A stretch of DNA of 64,000 nt from Fimbriosthenelais zetlandica (Eukaryota). Numbering within the stretch: the first letter of the stretch is position 1; each line of letters starts with the position of its first letter. Made by a program: the position numbers and the translations under genes. The DNA is taken from positions 28,210,001 to 28,274,000 of the forward strand of contig OZ365115.1 of the NCBI GenBank assembly GCA_977030845.1. The letters run 5' to 3'. The notes under the pieces are model-generated. The model saw nothing but the letters and a program-made list of their open reading frames with translations, made no database searches and had not been told where the DNA came from. Below are positions 36,901 to 50,507 of the stretch, one piece after another.

Positions 36901-39900
36901 ATAATTAGATTATAGTGTCCAAATAACACAGTATTATTATGCTCCAGACTAAAGCTTACAAGGGACGACTCTAAGGAGTGAAAGAAATCAATATTGTAAC
37001 CAAAACACACAAAATTTATATAACAAATAGCTTACACATTTCCAATTCCGTTTTTTGTTCAACAGTCTTTGTATCTTCCAAATTTTTTTTTTTTAAATTC
37101 AAATGCTGTCCACTTTTAGACACTTTAAATTTGGGTAAGAAGATCCAAGTATTTATCAGATGCAGAATCCAGAAGCTTGAAAGCACCAAAAGGGAGAGTT
37201 TTCTAGATATGCCCATGTCATACACCAGCTTCAATTAAAGAAAAAGGATATATATAGTTGTGGTACAGATTGATAAAAGTACAAAATAAAGATTAATTCA
37301 GATCTAGTAGATGGGCAAGAAACTGGCTATAAGGCTTATATAGAGCGGTTTCAGATTAAGACACATTCTTGAAGAAAACCAGATCTGAGAACAGTAGTCG
37401 ATAATGGGATGGCCTTAATATGTAACCTGTACAATTTGATTCAGACCAAGCCAACAATTATATTCTAATTAATAATTATGTCATTTTACTTCAAGAATGC
37501 AGGTAGATTTGGTAGATATGGGGCCTAACATGCTATTAGGCTTCCATCATTGGATTTATGATCTATATAGAGATAACATATATTTGATGTTGATGCCTAC
37601 TTTCACAACCTGAAAAGAGAGGGTACAGTTTGCAGCTCCACTAAAAAGGCTAATCATAGTAGATGATTTGCTCCGAGCCAGCAAGCCGATCTACAAATAA
37701 ATACATGTTGTTATTCTTATTTCTCACAGCCTTCTAATTCAGACAATAATTTTACATAATTTTATTATTTTTCATCTTGTAATTCTGATATATTATGCAC
37801 TGAACTGCAACATATGACAAAATCGTATTGACTTATTTTCTAAATGTCAGTATGTGAAGAATGGCAATTGTCTAATGCATAGAAATCGAGATAGCTTTTG
37901 ATAAATGCAAAGTAAAGCTGAAGTCTCTAAGTATCTTTGAACAATATCTCACATTTCCACAAGTAATGAAGGTTACAGACACGGAAAATCCAAGACAGAA
38001 GGCAGCACAGAATACGAGCCATTCTGTACCTGTATAATAATAATTATAATGAAATATGATGGGTGAACAAACAGATAAAGTGTCAATAGTGTCAATATGA
38101 CACTAGGAATGTTTTCGGAAGTTAACTTCAAAATATATATATTCACAGTAAAAACCATTAATTCTGTCAAGAAAGCCTACCTTTATCTGCAAATGCCATC
38201 AGTAAAAAACCAAGAAGGCCTGTCAAACTAGAATAATGCAAGGGATCTTTATATTTTGAAAAATGCAAGGTAGATATCGAGCTTTCAAATTGATTGTCTA
38301 AGAATGTAGGATGGAATGAGGCCAAAGGCAACAAACTGACTACTTGATGTCATCAAACACATGCAACTTTCCACACATGCAACTTTTGAGGAACTATTGT
38401 GTTTTCGTTTTTGTAAGTTAGCATAGTCACAGTTCAGAGGATGTTGCTTACAATTTTAATGGAATGAATTGTGTAAACGTGGAATGAAATCTAATTTTGA
38501 GCCTGCAAAGTCCCATTTTGTCAACAGTTGGTGAAAGATAACCATTTACCTACCCTGAAATTGTTCTAACGACTCGAAGTCCATATCGGTCAAATATATA
38601 TCCAGACGGAAATGATCCAAGTCCCAACAAAATATACCCAATAGTGAAGCCTATAGACAATTGTACCTGACGAAATGACATAGAATTTTATTCGCATATA
38701 AATATTATATTATATAGATGTAATGACAAAATCTACCAAATCTATAAGCCTGTCATAATTGTAAAAAGTGTAGGCCTACTATGCATGTATACATTGTCAT
38801 AGGGTTGGACTGAATGCAGTCTATGTCTTCGAAAATAATACAGCTGCAATAATGCTAGCCCATAATGGGCAATGGGTAGCGGCCATCACCCCAATTTAAA
38901 GTTGGAGCCCCGACCCTATGTGGAAATATTTTGACAATCCACGCAACAAATCAAACTTTGGTGACACCTATCGCCATATGGCAACATAATATTATTTCCT
39001 GAATTGCCAACCACCAACAGGTATTAATTATACTGGCTGAAGCTTGGTTCGTTTTGGAAGCAAACATTGGCGGGAAACGTAAGCTGTGTTCCGCTGGAGA
39101 AGGGCGGCTCTCCAGTGCCTCAAGTCTTGACATAATCCTGTCCAAAACACTTTCACTGGACTTAGGATCATGAGTTTTCTTTTCCATAAAGGACTGTTCT
39201 AAAAACTCCAGGTAAGCTGGGTCGGTACGGTCCTTGTAACCCGATCCTTCTACTCCTGCCATAGTGGTCAAGTCAATGTCAACTGGAGGCCTATAAGTAC
39301 ACCTAGATCCGTGTGGCTGGTAGTGAATAAACCCACATTTCGAACAACGACCTAAATTAGGCATTGATATATGTGAAGTCCAATGTAAAAAATTATTAGC
39401 ATGCATATAATATGTGTGTATGTTGACACAGCTGTGGACAGCAGCGAGCGGACTGCATGCTAGGGGGGACTACCACAACAGTGGGTTCCTAGCAACCAGC
39501 TAGTACAGTACCGCGGACTCCAGGTGGCGTATACCCCCATAGCCTCCAAGCTATATGGTTACAATATTGTAGTGGACATTGACAGCAGGCCCTTGACAAG
39601 AACGAAAAGGTTTTCGATAACTCAATTAGGCCAATTACCTTTTGTGCCAAGCATCTTCCATCAGTTGTTATGATGGTAGTAGCATCAGATACATTCATAA
39701 TATCACTGTTATTTTGATCATTGAAGCGGTCTTCACATAGCCGGCCATACAGTCCATCTCCCTGTAATATTAGACATTCACAAATAGAATTCTTCTTCTT
39801 AAATTAGTGTATGATCTCTTTGTCTAATAGATATCAGACTTACACCATTATCTTTATTCAGGGCTACATGTATGTTACATTTAGTGCCCGCTATCTCGCT

Positions 39901-40446
39901 ACATTGAACTTTTGAGATAAATTTATTCTACATATAGAAACCTACAAATTATCAGGCATGCAGGTGCTTACCAAATAATGTGAACTTAGACAGATAACTG
40001 TTATGAATATATTCTGCATATTGCTGATTTTCTAGGTGGAGGTGCATGGGTTCGTAGTAATATTGAGGTTGTTAGTATTTAAATTTTGAAGAGTCATGAA
40101 TTGTGGGTTAGGGCCTAATTGTAGTTGTCTGGGAATAATAATTATGAGTGAATGTGAGATCGAGATGGGAGCAAGGCTGAGTTAAGTGTTAAGTGTTGCC
40201 CTTGGTTAGGGTGTTTGGATAAGTTTACTGGGTTAGGGCGAAATCGTGACAATCCCATGAAATCTAAACACTTCTATAATAATAAGTGACGTATTTATTA
40301 AGTAATTATAACATGAGTATTAAATAAACTTGTAAACCTACCTGGAAGACATAAATGATAGAAGCCCAGCCATTTAATGAACCTGTAACAAGTAGGTTCT
40401 CAACAAAGACCAAGACCAGGGCCACTATATCCTTCTGTCTCGCCAT
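33983..40446 (-). CDS. SLC43-family (LAT3/LAT4/SLC43A3-like) MFS transporter, ~511 aa, 12 coding exons
   Basis: Exons 40446-40342, 39761-39639, 38666-38554, 38227-38181, 38029-37953, 37690-37601, 37228-37036, 36890-36690, 35429-35328, 34995-34800, 34488-34371, 34153-33983 (1536 nt, phase-consistent). SLC43-like motifs FVENLLVTGSLNGWASIIYV, GYIFDRYGLRVVR, STMISLFSGA, INTWIFLP, RTFIYA, FGIVSG. Confidence 0.85.
35820..36662. repeat. AT-rich 40-bp (4 x 10-bp) minisatellite arranged as an inverted fold-back repeat in an SLC43 intron
   Basis: Right arm (~36128-36662) unit ATAGTAAATA ATAGTAAAAA ACAGTAGAAA ATAGAGAAAA. Left arm (~35820-36060) is its reverse complement. The junction TTTCTCTATTTTTGATAGTAAATAATAGTAAAAAACAG occurs twice (~36054 and ~36114). 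Confidence 0.92.
39030..39600 (-). mobile_element. Probable 5' remnant of a DIRS/Ngaro-type retrotransposon (gag-like ORF1 start) in an SLC43 intron
   Basis: ORF from ATG at 39364: MPNLGRCSKCGFIHYQPHGSRC (C-x2-C-x3-H-x2-P-x-G-x2-C), then a low-complexity and short coiled-coil region (LDRIMSRLEALE). GC-richer than the flanking intron. No RT or tyrosine recombinase in the window. Family assignment is recalled similarity, not a search. Confidence 0.5.
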
Positions 40447-42264
40447 CTTTATCTGAAAGTGATTAGAGGAGGCGAACAAAAGTTGTTTTATTCTAAATCG
40501 AGAACAATTTTGCTACCTGAGCGGTCCTTAACCCAATTAATAGACTATTACTGTGTAAGAGTTTTACTCTTTACATCTTTGCTTATTTTGACCTCGGCCT
40601 AACCTCGACTATTCCTCAAAATCTTGAAATATCCTTACGTATTCTTGCTTATCTCCTAGATGCGTTAACGATGCGCAACGATGCGTGCATGTCGCCACTG
40701 CGTTCCGTAGCTTGGTGGATCACCCCTATACAGCATATTCAAAGAAGGCACATATTTCTATCCAACTGAATTGTCGATATAATTTCAAGTAGAACATACC
40801 CTAATATTCCTCAGAATAAGCCAATCGGAAAAAGGTATGAAGAAGTCGGCAACAACACATGACCTATGATAAGTATTTGGGTCGAGCATGACAATGTGTC
40901 AGATAAAGGTTGACAAATGTGATAAAGGCTTTTCTAAATAATGTTAACATTATTATGATTTAGATGTGTTCAATAAACTTTTGAACTGTCTCCTGTTCAA
41001 TGTTGTAAATTCACCATGCAGTATTACAGAGTTTAAAGCGAAGTCTATACAATCATAAAAAACAAAAGGTTGACAAAATACATTTTAAGGAAAATCTGTA
41101 CTGACCTTGAGAGTACCAGACACAACCCGAAGTAACATGATGGAGAAATTGATTTCTTCTGAGATTTATGTTGATTCTGCTTTATTTTCACTATTACATG
41201 ACAGAACAATATCGAGGGATAATATACAAACATAACCTGCATACATATAACCTGCATAACCACGGCGTACATGTATGTACACCATGTTGGAATGTGTATT
41301 ATCAATACATAAATATCAATAATTTATATATTGTAACAGTCATAACTTGGCTCATGTGTAGACAAATAGACAGATAAAGGATACACAAGGATCTTGTCAT
41401 CTAAATATTTCAGTTTTGAAAGGAAAAGGTGTACCAGCTGTACTGTAGACAAAAACAAATTCAAAAATGAATTCAGGGAGGGTCGCAACCCCCCTACCTC
41501 CACACCAAGAACAAAGAAAATAAAGATAAGAGATATCTATCTATATTTGCCCCTGCCCTGTACCATTGTGGGAGAATTCCCCATGAACTTTGACTGGTGA
41601 GAAACAGGAAGTGGAAATATAGCTGTCTGCTCATAGCTGAGAGAGAGAGGGTAACTTCCGCATATTAAAAATAAATATCCAAAATATATGATTCCAATGC
41701 CTATAGTTGAATAATATTCTTAGAACAAGTACCCCAAAAAATATAAAAGAAATGATCGATGTACTTCATACATGCAAATATGTTAAAATATGGCATGTTA
41801 TACATATGCTATAGATGAATGTATTCCGTCCTATATTTCAGTGAAGAATATAGCATATAAACATCACAAAGTCAACAATACAACAACCATTTAAATATAT
41901 TGAGATCACTGAATCCATTTGTCTCTTTAAAATATAATATATAATATCATATATAACATTTTCATCCACAGTCTGACTAAATGGCATTGATGAATTCGTC
42001 AATGAATTCAAGGGCCAGCAGAATAGCTAAGAGGCACCATAAAGGAGGTGCAATGAGTGCCAGTTAGGCCTGCTTCATTTTGAGTGAAGCCATACTGTCC
42101 TACGATTTCAGTACATCCTTCCTTTTAAGTACGTCCTTAACTCATAGGACGGTACTAGTACTACATAGTACTATAGTTAGCGGCAGACACAAATTGACTA
42201 TAAAATTCATCCATACTTATTTCCAAGAACGGTTGTCCTCAGGAAGGACATACTTAAGGACTTA

Positions 42265-42491
42265 AGCGCGTTCTACACTACACCGATTTATGATCAGATT
42301 AAAATCTAACATGAAGAACTGTCCCCAAATCGCATAAGATCTGACATGCACAGCTCTATGAGAGAATCATCCCGATCATGATCTTATCTTCATACACATT
42401 ATGCCGATTTTTAATCTTACTTCAATTTTATCTGATGAGACCGTTAAGATCATGAAATCGCACCACTGATCGGTGTTGTGTAGAACGCGCT
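42265..42491. mobile_element. PIF/Harbinger-type MITE (227 bp) just downstream of the SLC7 stop codon
   Basis: TIRs AGCGCGTTCTACACTACACCGAT versus reverse complement AGCGCGTTCTACACAACACCGAT (1 mismatch), with identical TTA target-site duplication at 42262-42264 and 42492-42494. Confidence 0.88.
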
Positions 42492-42552
42492 TTAGTGTTA
42501 ATTGCGCCTCCATGATAGTGCCCATTTGAATTAACGGAGAATAATGTTCAAT

Positions 42553-45500
42553 CTAACGTTGTCCATAAATGCTGTCACCATCACCAATATCATACAATAT
42601 AACCTCCTGGTCTTCTCCTCGGTGCTCTGAACTATGATGCATTCCATATCCAAAATATATGAGAAATCCTAAAATGAGAATGAAGTATGTTAATCGCTTA
42701 TTAATACTATGGTTATAATAGGGCAGCTCCACAACATCTGCCACTCCACAACATCTGCCACAAGAATAAGCGCACTAGCAATGGTTTGCTGTTTGCAAGG
42801 CGCGTCTATTATATATTGGGTGTGCTGCAGAATCGCAGTTGGCTTGCAGAAACAAATTTTTCTCACCAAAAAAAAACGATGTTGGTGAGCAGAAAATGCG
42901 TAAGTTTTGCCTGTTGCATGAATGTTTCTATTCAGATTGTTTGCTAAGTGGAGACTACATTATAATATTGTAATATACCTAAATTGAAATAATGTTGAAT
43001 GAGTAACTTACCGATAAGCATCCATACAAGAAAACGAATCCACGTGGTCTCTGACAAGGTGAGCATGAGGTAGATATTCACGAGAATGGACATCAGCGGA
43101 ATAAGGGGAACAAATGGAACATGGAAACCCAACCGTGTTTGATTGCGGGGCTGTCTAGCTAAAATCACAATGAAAACGCCTATAACTAGCAGGAAGAGCA
43201 CTATCAGCAAGATGGCCCACCACGCGGCATTAATGATATAATCCTCTCCATATATAGTCAGCACACAAAGGGAAGTCCATAACACCACAATGACACAAAT
43301 GGAAAAGATGGCGAGCTTTCGTGAATCTTCAGTCGGTTCTACGCCAGAGTCGTGGCCAAAATTAAAGAGAGCACTGAGACTGCTTAAACTATAGTTACTG
43401 CCTATCCTTTGATAGGTACTCCCCTCTGGTGGCTGTTGGTGCAAGCTGGTGTCAGATGTGCTCATGTAGTTGGCCATTCTTCTCAAAATCTCCTTCTCTT
43501 TTTTGTTACAAACTTCCTCAACTGTTTCTTTAGGCTGTTGCCTTTCGCTGTTGTTGCCGCCAGTGGTGGGTTGGTCATCCTCAGATTTAACCCGTTTGAA
43601 CATGGTCGTTTCTTTGCTAGGAGCGTACTGAACTACATTGACATTTTCACCCACTCTCAGCAGTCCTGTGTCTTCCCTGGCTTGTGCTTCATTCTCTATT
43701 TTCCTGATGGTATTTTCGGAAAGTTCACTAATATTACGAGGTATCTCATCCATGTCTTGATGGATGTCAGCCGCAGTTAGACCAACGTGGTCTCGTTGGT
43801 ATCTTAAAACAAGGACGCTAGCCGCAACTAAAGTATACGCCATCAAGGTTCCGATGGACATCATCTGCACCAAGTGATCTAACGGTAACAGCAAGGCGAG
43901 AATAGCTGCTACGAATCCTGCCAACCATGTCGCGATAATAGGAGTATTTGTCCATGTATTCACCTCACCCATCCATCTGAATAAGAGACCATCTTTGGAC
44001 ATGGCGTAGATTGTTCGCGGAAGTGGAAAAATGGAACCCATCATGGAAGCTGTGAGTCCACACATACCACCGAATACTATAATATACTCCCCACCATATA
44101 CACCACGCATTGCAAAAGCGTTAGGTAAGGCTGCTTCGTCTGCCAATTTGTCCCATCGAACCATCAAAGTCATGATTGCTGAAACACCAAAATAAGCAAA
44201 GAAGCAGACAAGAAGTGTTGAGACGATGGCCTTGGGAATGTTCTTACTGGGGTTTTTGGCTTCCTCGCCAGATGTGGCTATGGTGTCAAAGCCCACAAAA
44301 GAATAGAAGCAGGTAGCAGCACCAGAGATCACCTGGAGGAAAAATGAACAAATTCTTGATGCTCGAATACCTAAAAATGTCATCATGGAAAGTGTAAAAC
44401 TAGTAGTAGTTCTTCAGGTGCAATTTAATCGATTCAAGTGGGGTCTTCATCTCTACCATATCAGAAGTTTTTGGAGCCGAAAATTGCGATCACAGAACCG
44501 GACATTGTGTCAGGGCTAATAGGAAAATATTATCTAAACGAAGTCTTGCTGAATAATTATTCCCTACCATACATTTCTGCACTGTGCAAGTTGGGACATA
44601 GAAGTACTGTTTTGGGGAGGTAGAGAGCACGTCCCTTTTATAAAGCAAGAAAATTAGTTATTTTTTAAATAGTCCTTCTATAATAAATGGATTAAGTCTG
44701 TTACCCCACGGAGGCCCATTGGGAAGAAGCCCGGAGGATCAGTCCAGTTCCTGCCGTCAACGTAGAAGACACCGATAAGAATGATGCCAGTGATGACCAC
44801 CATGTTGATCAGGGTAAAGATGAAACTAACCACAGACGACATCTGAAGTAAAAATATGATATTATTTTCCTAATGTCTTGACATCCTTATTTCAGTATGC
44901 AAAATAGTGGATTTGAACATTGCTTGCTCTGCACAAGCTTTGTCTTGCTGCAGTATAGCAAGACACAAAGCTTGGGTACAGTTACGTTATTTACCTGACT
45001 AGCAAAAAGTAGCTAAAAAAGTTATTATTCTAAGGTTTCTTATCATTGCTTGGATCTCTCCTGAGAGCACACAATCATGCACCAAATCTGAACAAGCTCT
45101 GACACCAAATGATGGTCAACCTTTTAAGTAATGCTCAAGGCACTTGATACGTGTACCCAGTTCGGCAACACCAAGTATATTGAAGGATTGAAGTACCAAA
45201 ATAGATTAGTGATTAGGTTCATTTAGCATCACAGATGCGATATGAGTGACTATTAGAAGGCAAGATGAGACCACATGAAAGAGGAAGGGCCATTATAGGG
45301 CTCTCCCATCGATCACTAGCGCCACATCAAAGGGAATACCCAACAAGGAATATAGAGATGAAACTCCCTTTAGCCAGTTCACTTTAGCCTAAGGTTTTTT
45401 TTCTCCATGAAATAACAACAAAGCTTTGAGAGACTGGGAAGGTTTGACCTTGGAATACTGACCTTGACCCCGATAGAGACGAGGAGGGTGGTGACGAGAA

Positions 45501-48500
45501 GGAGGCTGCATGCTAGGAAGTCTGGGTATTCAGCGAGGCCAGGGGAGCGGAAGCCACCGATGTTGTCTATTATCGCCCTATGTGGACGGAATACCGGGAA
45601 GAGAATTCAGAGGAAGGTTTATTAAAAACATTACTAAGGTTTCTTTCCAAGGAACTTAAAATCCGGACCAAAGTAACTTGTTGTGCTGCAAGAGAGAGGC
45701 TGATGAATTGAAATTGAAAAGAATGCATATTGGTAGAATTTAGCAAATCACTTATATTGAAAAATATTTCTAGGAAAATAGTAACTGTAAAAAGAAACAT
45801 ATTCTTCATTACGATCAAAATACATACACTTGAGTAAACTTACGTTTTGATAGTGTCATTGATTACAGAATCGAAATATTCACTCCATGCCTTGCCCACG
45901 GAGGCAGCACCTATCATGTTCTCCAGGATCATGTTCCAACCAATCACGAATGCCCAGAGCTCCCCCACGCTGACATAAGAGTAGATGTAGGCTGAACCAG
46001 CCCGTGGTACGCGGGATGCAAATTCAGCATAACATACACCTAGGTAAAATAAGAGTTAACAGCTAAAGGTCAAGAACAAATGGTAAATTCACAATCATAG
46101 GCAAACCTCACAATGCTCAGAGGGCATGCATTTCATGAAAGTTGCGAAATTTCCTGAGCAGTTCTGCAAGACTTGTTTTCTTGATTCTATTCTATAATCC
46201 ATGAAATGGCGAGCAGTTATACCAGAATCTTGGCATTGCTCAGGGAAATGAAAACACTAAGATATATGATACGATGTAATCCGGGTACCTGCCTGATTGA
46301 AAGGTTTGATTTAAACCTGCCTATAATTGTTGTCCATAGGCAGTTGGCCATCTGGATTAGGAGATTTAACATAAAGAAATCAGATCATTCATCATGAGCC
46401 CGTTTCAGTGAATGGGCAGATGCTGAAATGTTACTACTCTGACGTACTACTACATTGTTTTCTTCTGTAGAAGGAAGAATCTTTTTAATGAAACGGACAG
46501 CGGGTTGCTCACATATTGTGAAGGTATCCCTGGGGATAGCTTTTCATCATACACCTCCCTATGTGGTGCCCAGAGGGCATGTTCACCGTACACAAAGTAC
46601 AGTGTGCAAGTCATACCTGAACTCCAGCATCTATACACAGTGTTTAGTAATCTCTACTGCAGTAAAATGCATTATTTTCATCCCTATGAGACCTTTCTAT
46701 AGATATCAGTACAAGAAAATTTGCTATTGATCACTTCAAATAATTTTTGATGTGTCAGCAATAAAATGTCTAATGCCACCGATTGCCCTATATAACCTAC
46801 GATTCAGCTTCCTTGAGGACAACCAAGAAGACGAGAACGTTCTGCCAGGAAGTAGCTATAGTCCTTATCTGGACATATGCGAGTCCGCTAGGAAATGATC
46901 AGCTGAATTAATTTCCTGCAGGCCTGTCAGTGGGGATTTGTGTTGAATGTCAATTGCTGGCACACTAATCAGAAATTAACTGGAGCTGACTGGAACCCAA
47001 TGAGCACTTACATCCCTTGGTTAGAGGTTAAGTAACGCCAGTAAATGAATTCTTAGGTACTTGACCCTACTGAGACAGGTGGCGGTTTCAGCAGAAATTT
47101 GGACAGCAATAACCCATGATTATACTAATGCCAGTGATTATTGTACGCCTTGAGAGTTAGGGTAGAGCGATAGTGAGGAATTCCCCGCCTTCTTCCGGTA
47201 GTGGATCGAGATATACACTACGACACTGCGAGAAAATGGACGACTTAATTGTGATTGAAGCGAGGTGAAAGAAGTGGAAGAAGTGCCATGGAGATTCTGC
47301 CACGCAACACAAATCGCCATACTTGTTTGTAAGGTACAACAACCCCAGTGGACTAACTCAAAACCTGCATATTTAAACATTAATTTTAGGTAGTCTGAAG
47401 TTTGTTTTTTATTATATTACAGTTGGCAGTAAACACGTGGATCATTCCAGTAGTGATTACCTCGTGCCCGACTGCTGCTTGTAAAGCCAGTTATAATTGG
47501 CTATTGATCATCCCCCACTGTCTGCCTTTCTGATTGGTCAGAAAAAAATATGATGCCACCTCGCGCCCAGTGTCTGCCACTAAAGTCATCATTCACGGCA
47601 GCCTCATGAATGTCGAAAAAAAAATATTAGGCCAGAAATAACCAGACTGAAACTGATCGTTTTCAGCTTAACTGAAAAAGCAGCTGCATGACTTTGATCA
47701 GAGATCATGTAAAAATAGTTCACTGGCAAGGAGGATTTTTTGAATTGTATGGGAATCCCAACGGTGATTTGGTACTCTTGCAACTGTCATTTGGATCTTT
47801 TGTCCAAACATAGATTTTCAGCTATTATATATATAAATTTGTGGTCGCCGAGTCCTAAGGGTGCTTTGGATGCATTTGCGACTCGAGCAACTGCCGAGCC
47901 CCACTGGTGAACGACCTTTTCCACCTAGCAAGCATTGTTGGGGAACACAGCCATTTAGTTCCAGAAAAAGCAATGACAAGCAAGCTGGGAATGCTATATC
48001 TACATTGTTCAGTCTAATACCCATACCAGGGAAAGAACTGGTCAAACCCCATGATTATAGATTTTCAATGGAGTGTTGGACTGTTCAAAACACAAGCCAG
48101 AACAGTGCTGAACATTGCTGAACAGCGATGGCAAAATGGTCAGACGGACCATGTAATGGGTTGCGCATACAAGAATCTCATCGTCCGGTTAATATAGGCA
48201 CTCAAAGCTGCCCAAACAGTTTAGTCTTCCACCTAAACCACCTTTCAAGTCGCCCACTTATATTTTAGGTCTCGGGCGACCGCGGACGATCGTCACTAGT
48301 GGGCATCACTAGCTGAAAGCACCAGTGTTTTGCCAATCCATATGACCATGCAGATTCAGCAAAAGTTAATTTTTTTAATATATACCTTGTTTCCTGTTAT
48401 ATCTACTATCTTTGTGCGTGGAATCTACATGTAAAATCTGCATTAGAATAGTAGATCAGAAGAGTCTGAGTCTGACCTGCAAGAAGTGAAGCTACAGCAG

Positions 48501-49829
48501 CAATAAGGAAGGAGATAACGACAGCAGGCCCAGCTTGATTCTTTGCCACTTGTCCTGTAATGACGTAGATTCCAGCTCCCAGTGTACTCCCTACACCTGA
48601 AAAATATAGTAATTTAAGTGGAAATCTTAGAACACGTTAGGAAATAACAGTTATTCAGTTATTGTCCTAACAGGCTCACAAAAATACTGAGTTATGTAAA
48701 TGTTTTAATGACAACTTTACTACTTTACTTAGAAGAATAGAATCACAGCAATGCATTTACTTTAATGCTTGCTTACAACTGAAATAATGGTTATTATGTT
48801 ATTCTATACTGGAATGTAATCGAACGACAATTCAGTGGTCGCAGACTGAGATGGTCATTGTAGTGAGGAAACCATTAAGCAAGACTCTGGCCTAATTAGG
48901 CCTACATGTATACCTAAGATAAAATCAATTCTCCATCTCTATATGGTACATATAACATAACAAGACTTTTATTTAATACATAATAACTTTTTGAAAAAAT
49001 AGTTTCCTCTGACACATCAAAATGTTATTACGAGCTTCAAATTGAAAATGTACTGGCAGCTGAAACAAGTTGCGATCAGTAGCTGCGAAACAACTCTAGT
49101 ATTCACACAACACATTACCGGAGATCGCCCCGGCGAACTCTAAGAGTAAAAACTGCAAGTCATGCTCTTAGGCTTCTCGTGGAAATGATTGACACAGAAT
49201 TCTATTTAGACCATCAATCTTTGCCCTGCCATCTTCCAGACAGAAACCGAAATACCCTCTGGTTTTACCATTCATAGTTTGCTAATGGCTGTCAAACAGA
49301 ATAGACCGGTGCAGGCAGGATTAATCAGAGATAATATCTAATGGAATCCAAATGAAAAATAATATGAGGAGTACAAGAGCAGAGGGTTTAAATTCAAATT
49401 AGTTGATGATTAATGACAGAATTATTCAAATATTTCTCAAAATGGACTGGATGTATTTGGTAATATTCAGAGGCGACCTGCATGACAGAGGCGATCTGCA
49501 TGAAAACCTCAGATCTAACGAAATAACCATAATCCACTAAGATAACAAGAAAATAATGATCTGTATGCATATAATTTTACTCTCCTGTTATCGCTGATAT
49601 CGCGTCTATTATCATCTGAGTGGATTTTCTATACATAAAGCAAATTCTAACCCTTTCTCAACCACATTCTTTCCACTTCCATCTTACCTAATGCAGTGAG
49701 GTCCATAACATTGAGACATCGCCTCAGCTCCGTCTCCTGCAGTCTGTTGACATCGATTGATTTGGTCCTGGAGAAAGATCTCCACACGTAGTTACAACAA
49801 GTACTTGTCTTTTCACGTACCACGTTCAT
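42553..49829 (-). CDS. Cationic amino-acid transporter (SLC7A1-4/slimfast-like), ~715 aa, 7 coding exons
   Basis: Exons 49829-49688, 48596-48477, 46039-45844, 45577-45463, 44842-44705, 44332-43012, 42668-42553 (2148 nt). Motifs [107 protein letters not shown]. Confidence 0.93.
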
Positions 49830-50460
49830 GGTTCCTATAACCTCAAGCCACCTGTTAATGGAAGGAAAGGGAAAATGTTCAGCGAAATGATTGCAATTAT
49901 GGTTAATCTTGATTCAGAGGTTCATTCAAAGGTCAGTCGTTTCAACGAGAGCTACAGGTGTCCAACCTTGCAGGTGTCTTGGTCTTATTTTCTTTCAATC
50001 ATTTACATTACATTGATATGTAGTAAAGAGTGTATTTTACAAACGTGCGAAATAAGTAAGGATAACAGATTATGTGTGCATGAGAAAGTATGTTATAAAG
50101 TATTATCCTTCATTCTACATTATACACAATGATAAATTTGAAGAAAAATCTAATGGGAATCATTGTGACTTTTTGAAGGGTTTTGTAATTAATAATTATC
50201 AGAATTATCAAAGTTCATTCAAGGATAGCATGCATACCTGTAGCAGAGTGCATGGATCGTGGAGAGGAAACCATATTTTAGTTGCTATTGGAAAACCAAA
50301 TGCAAGCTCAAGATCTGCCCACTCAGCAGAAACGTTCTTTTTCCTACTAGAGTTAGTGACTGCTTCCTATTTACTTTGTGGGTGATGGGAAAATTAACAC
50401 ACGGAGAAGGTAGAGAGACTTTTTATCTTCAGTCTTTTTAGTTGTCTGTTCGTCAGGTCG

Positions 50461-50507
50461 GTGGGGGTGGGGGTGGGGGTAGCCTGCGGTTTTGGGGTGG
50501 GATGTGG
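50461..50507 (+). other. G-quadruplex-forming motif
   Basis: G5-T-G5-T-G5 followed by G4-T-G3-ATGT-G3, about 630 bp upstream of the SLC7 ATG. Confidence 0.5.

Noticed and set aside
37083-37094. 12-nt homopolymer inside an SLC43 coding exon as a possible frameshift or pseudogene lesion
   Set aside because: The frame stays open and the exon length (193 nt) matches the flanking phases.
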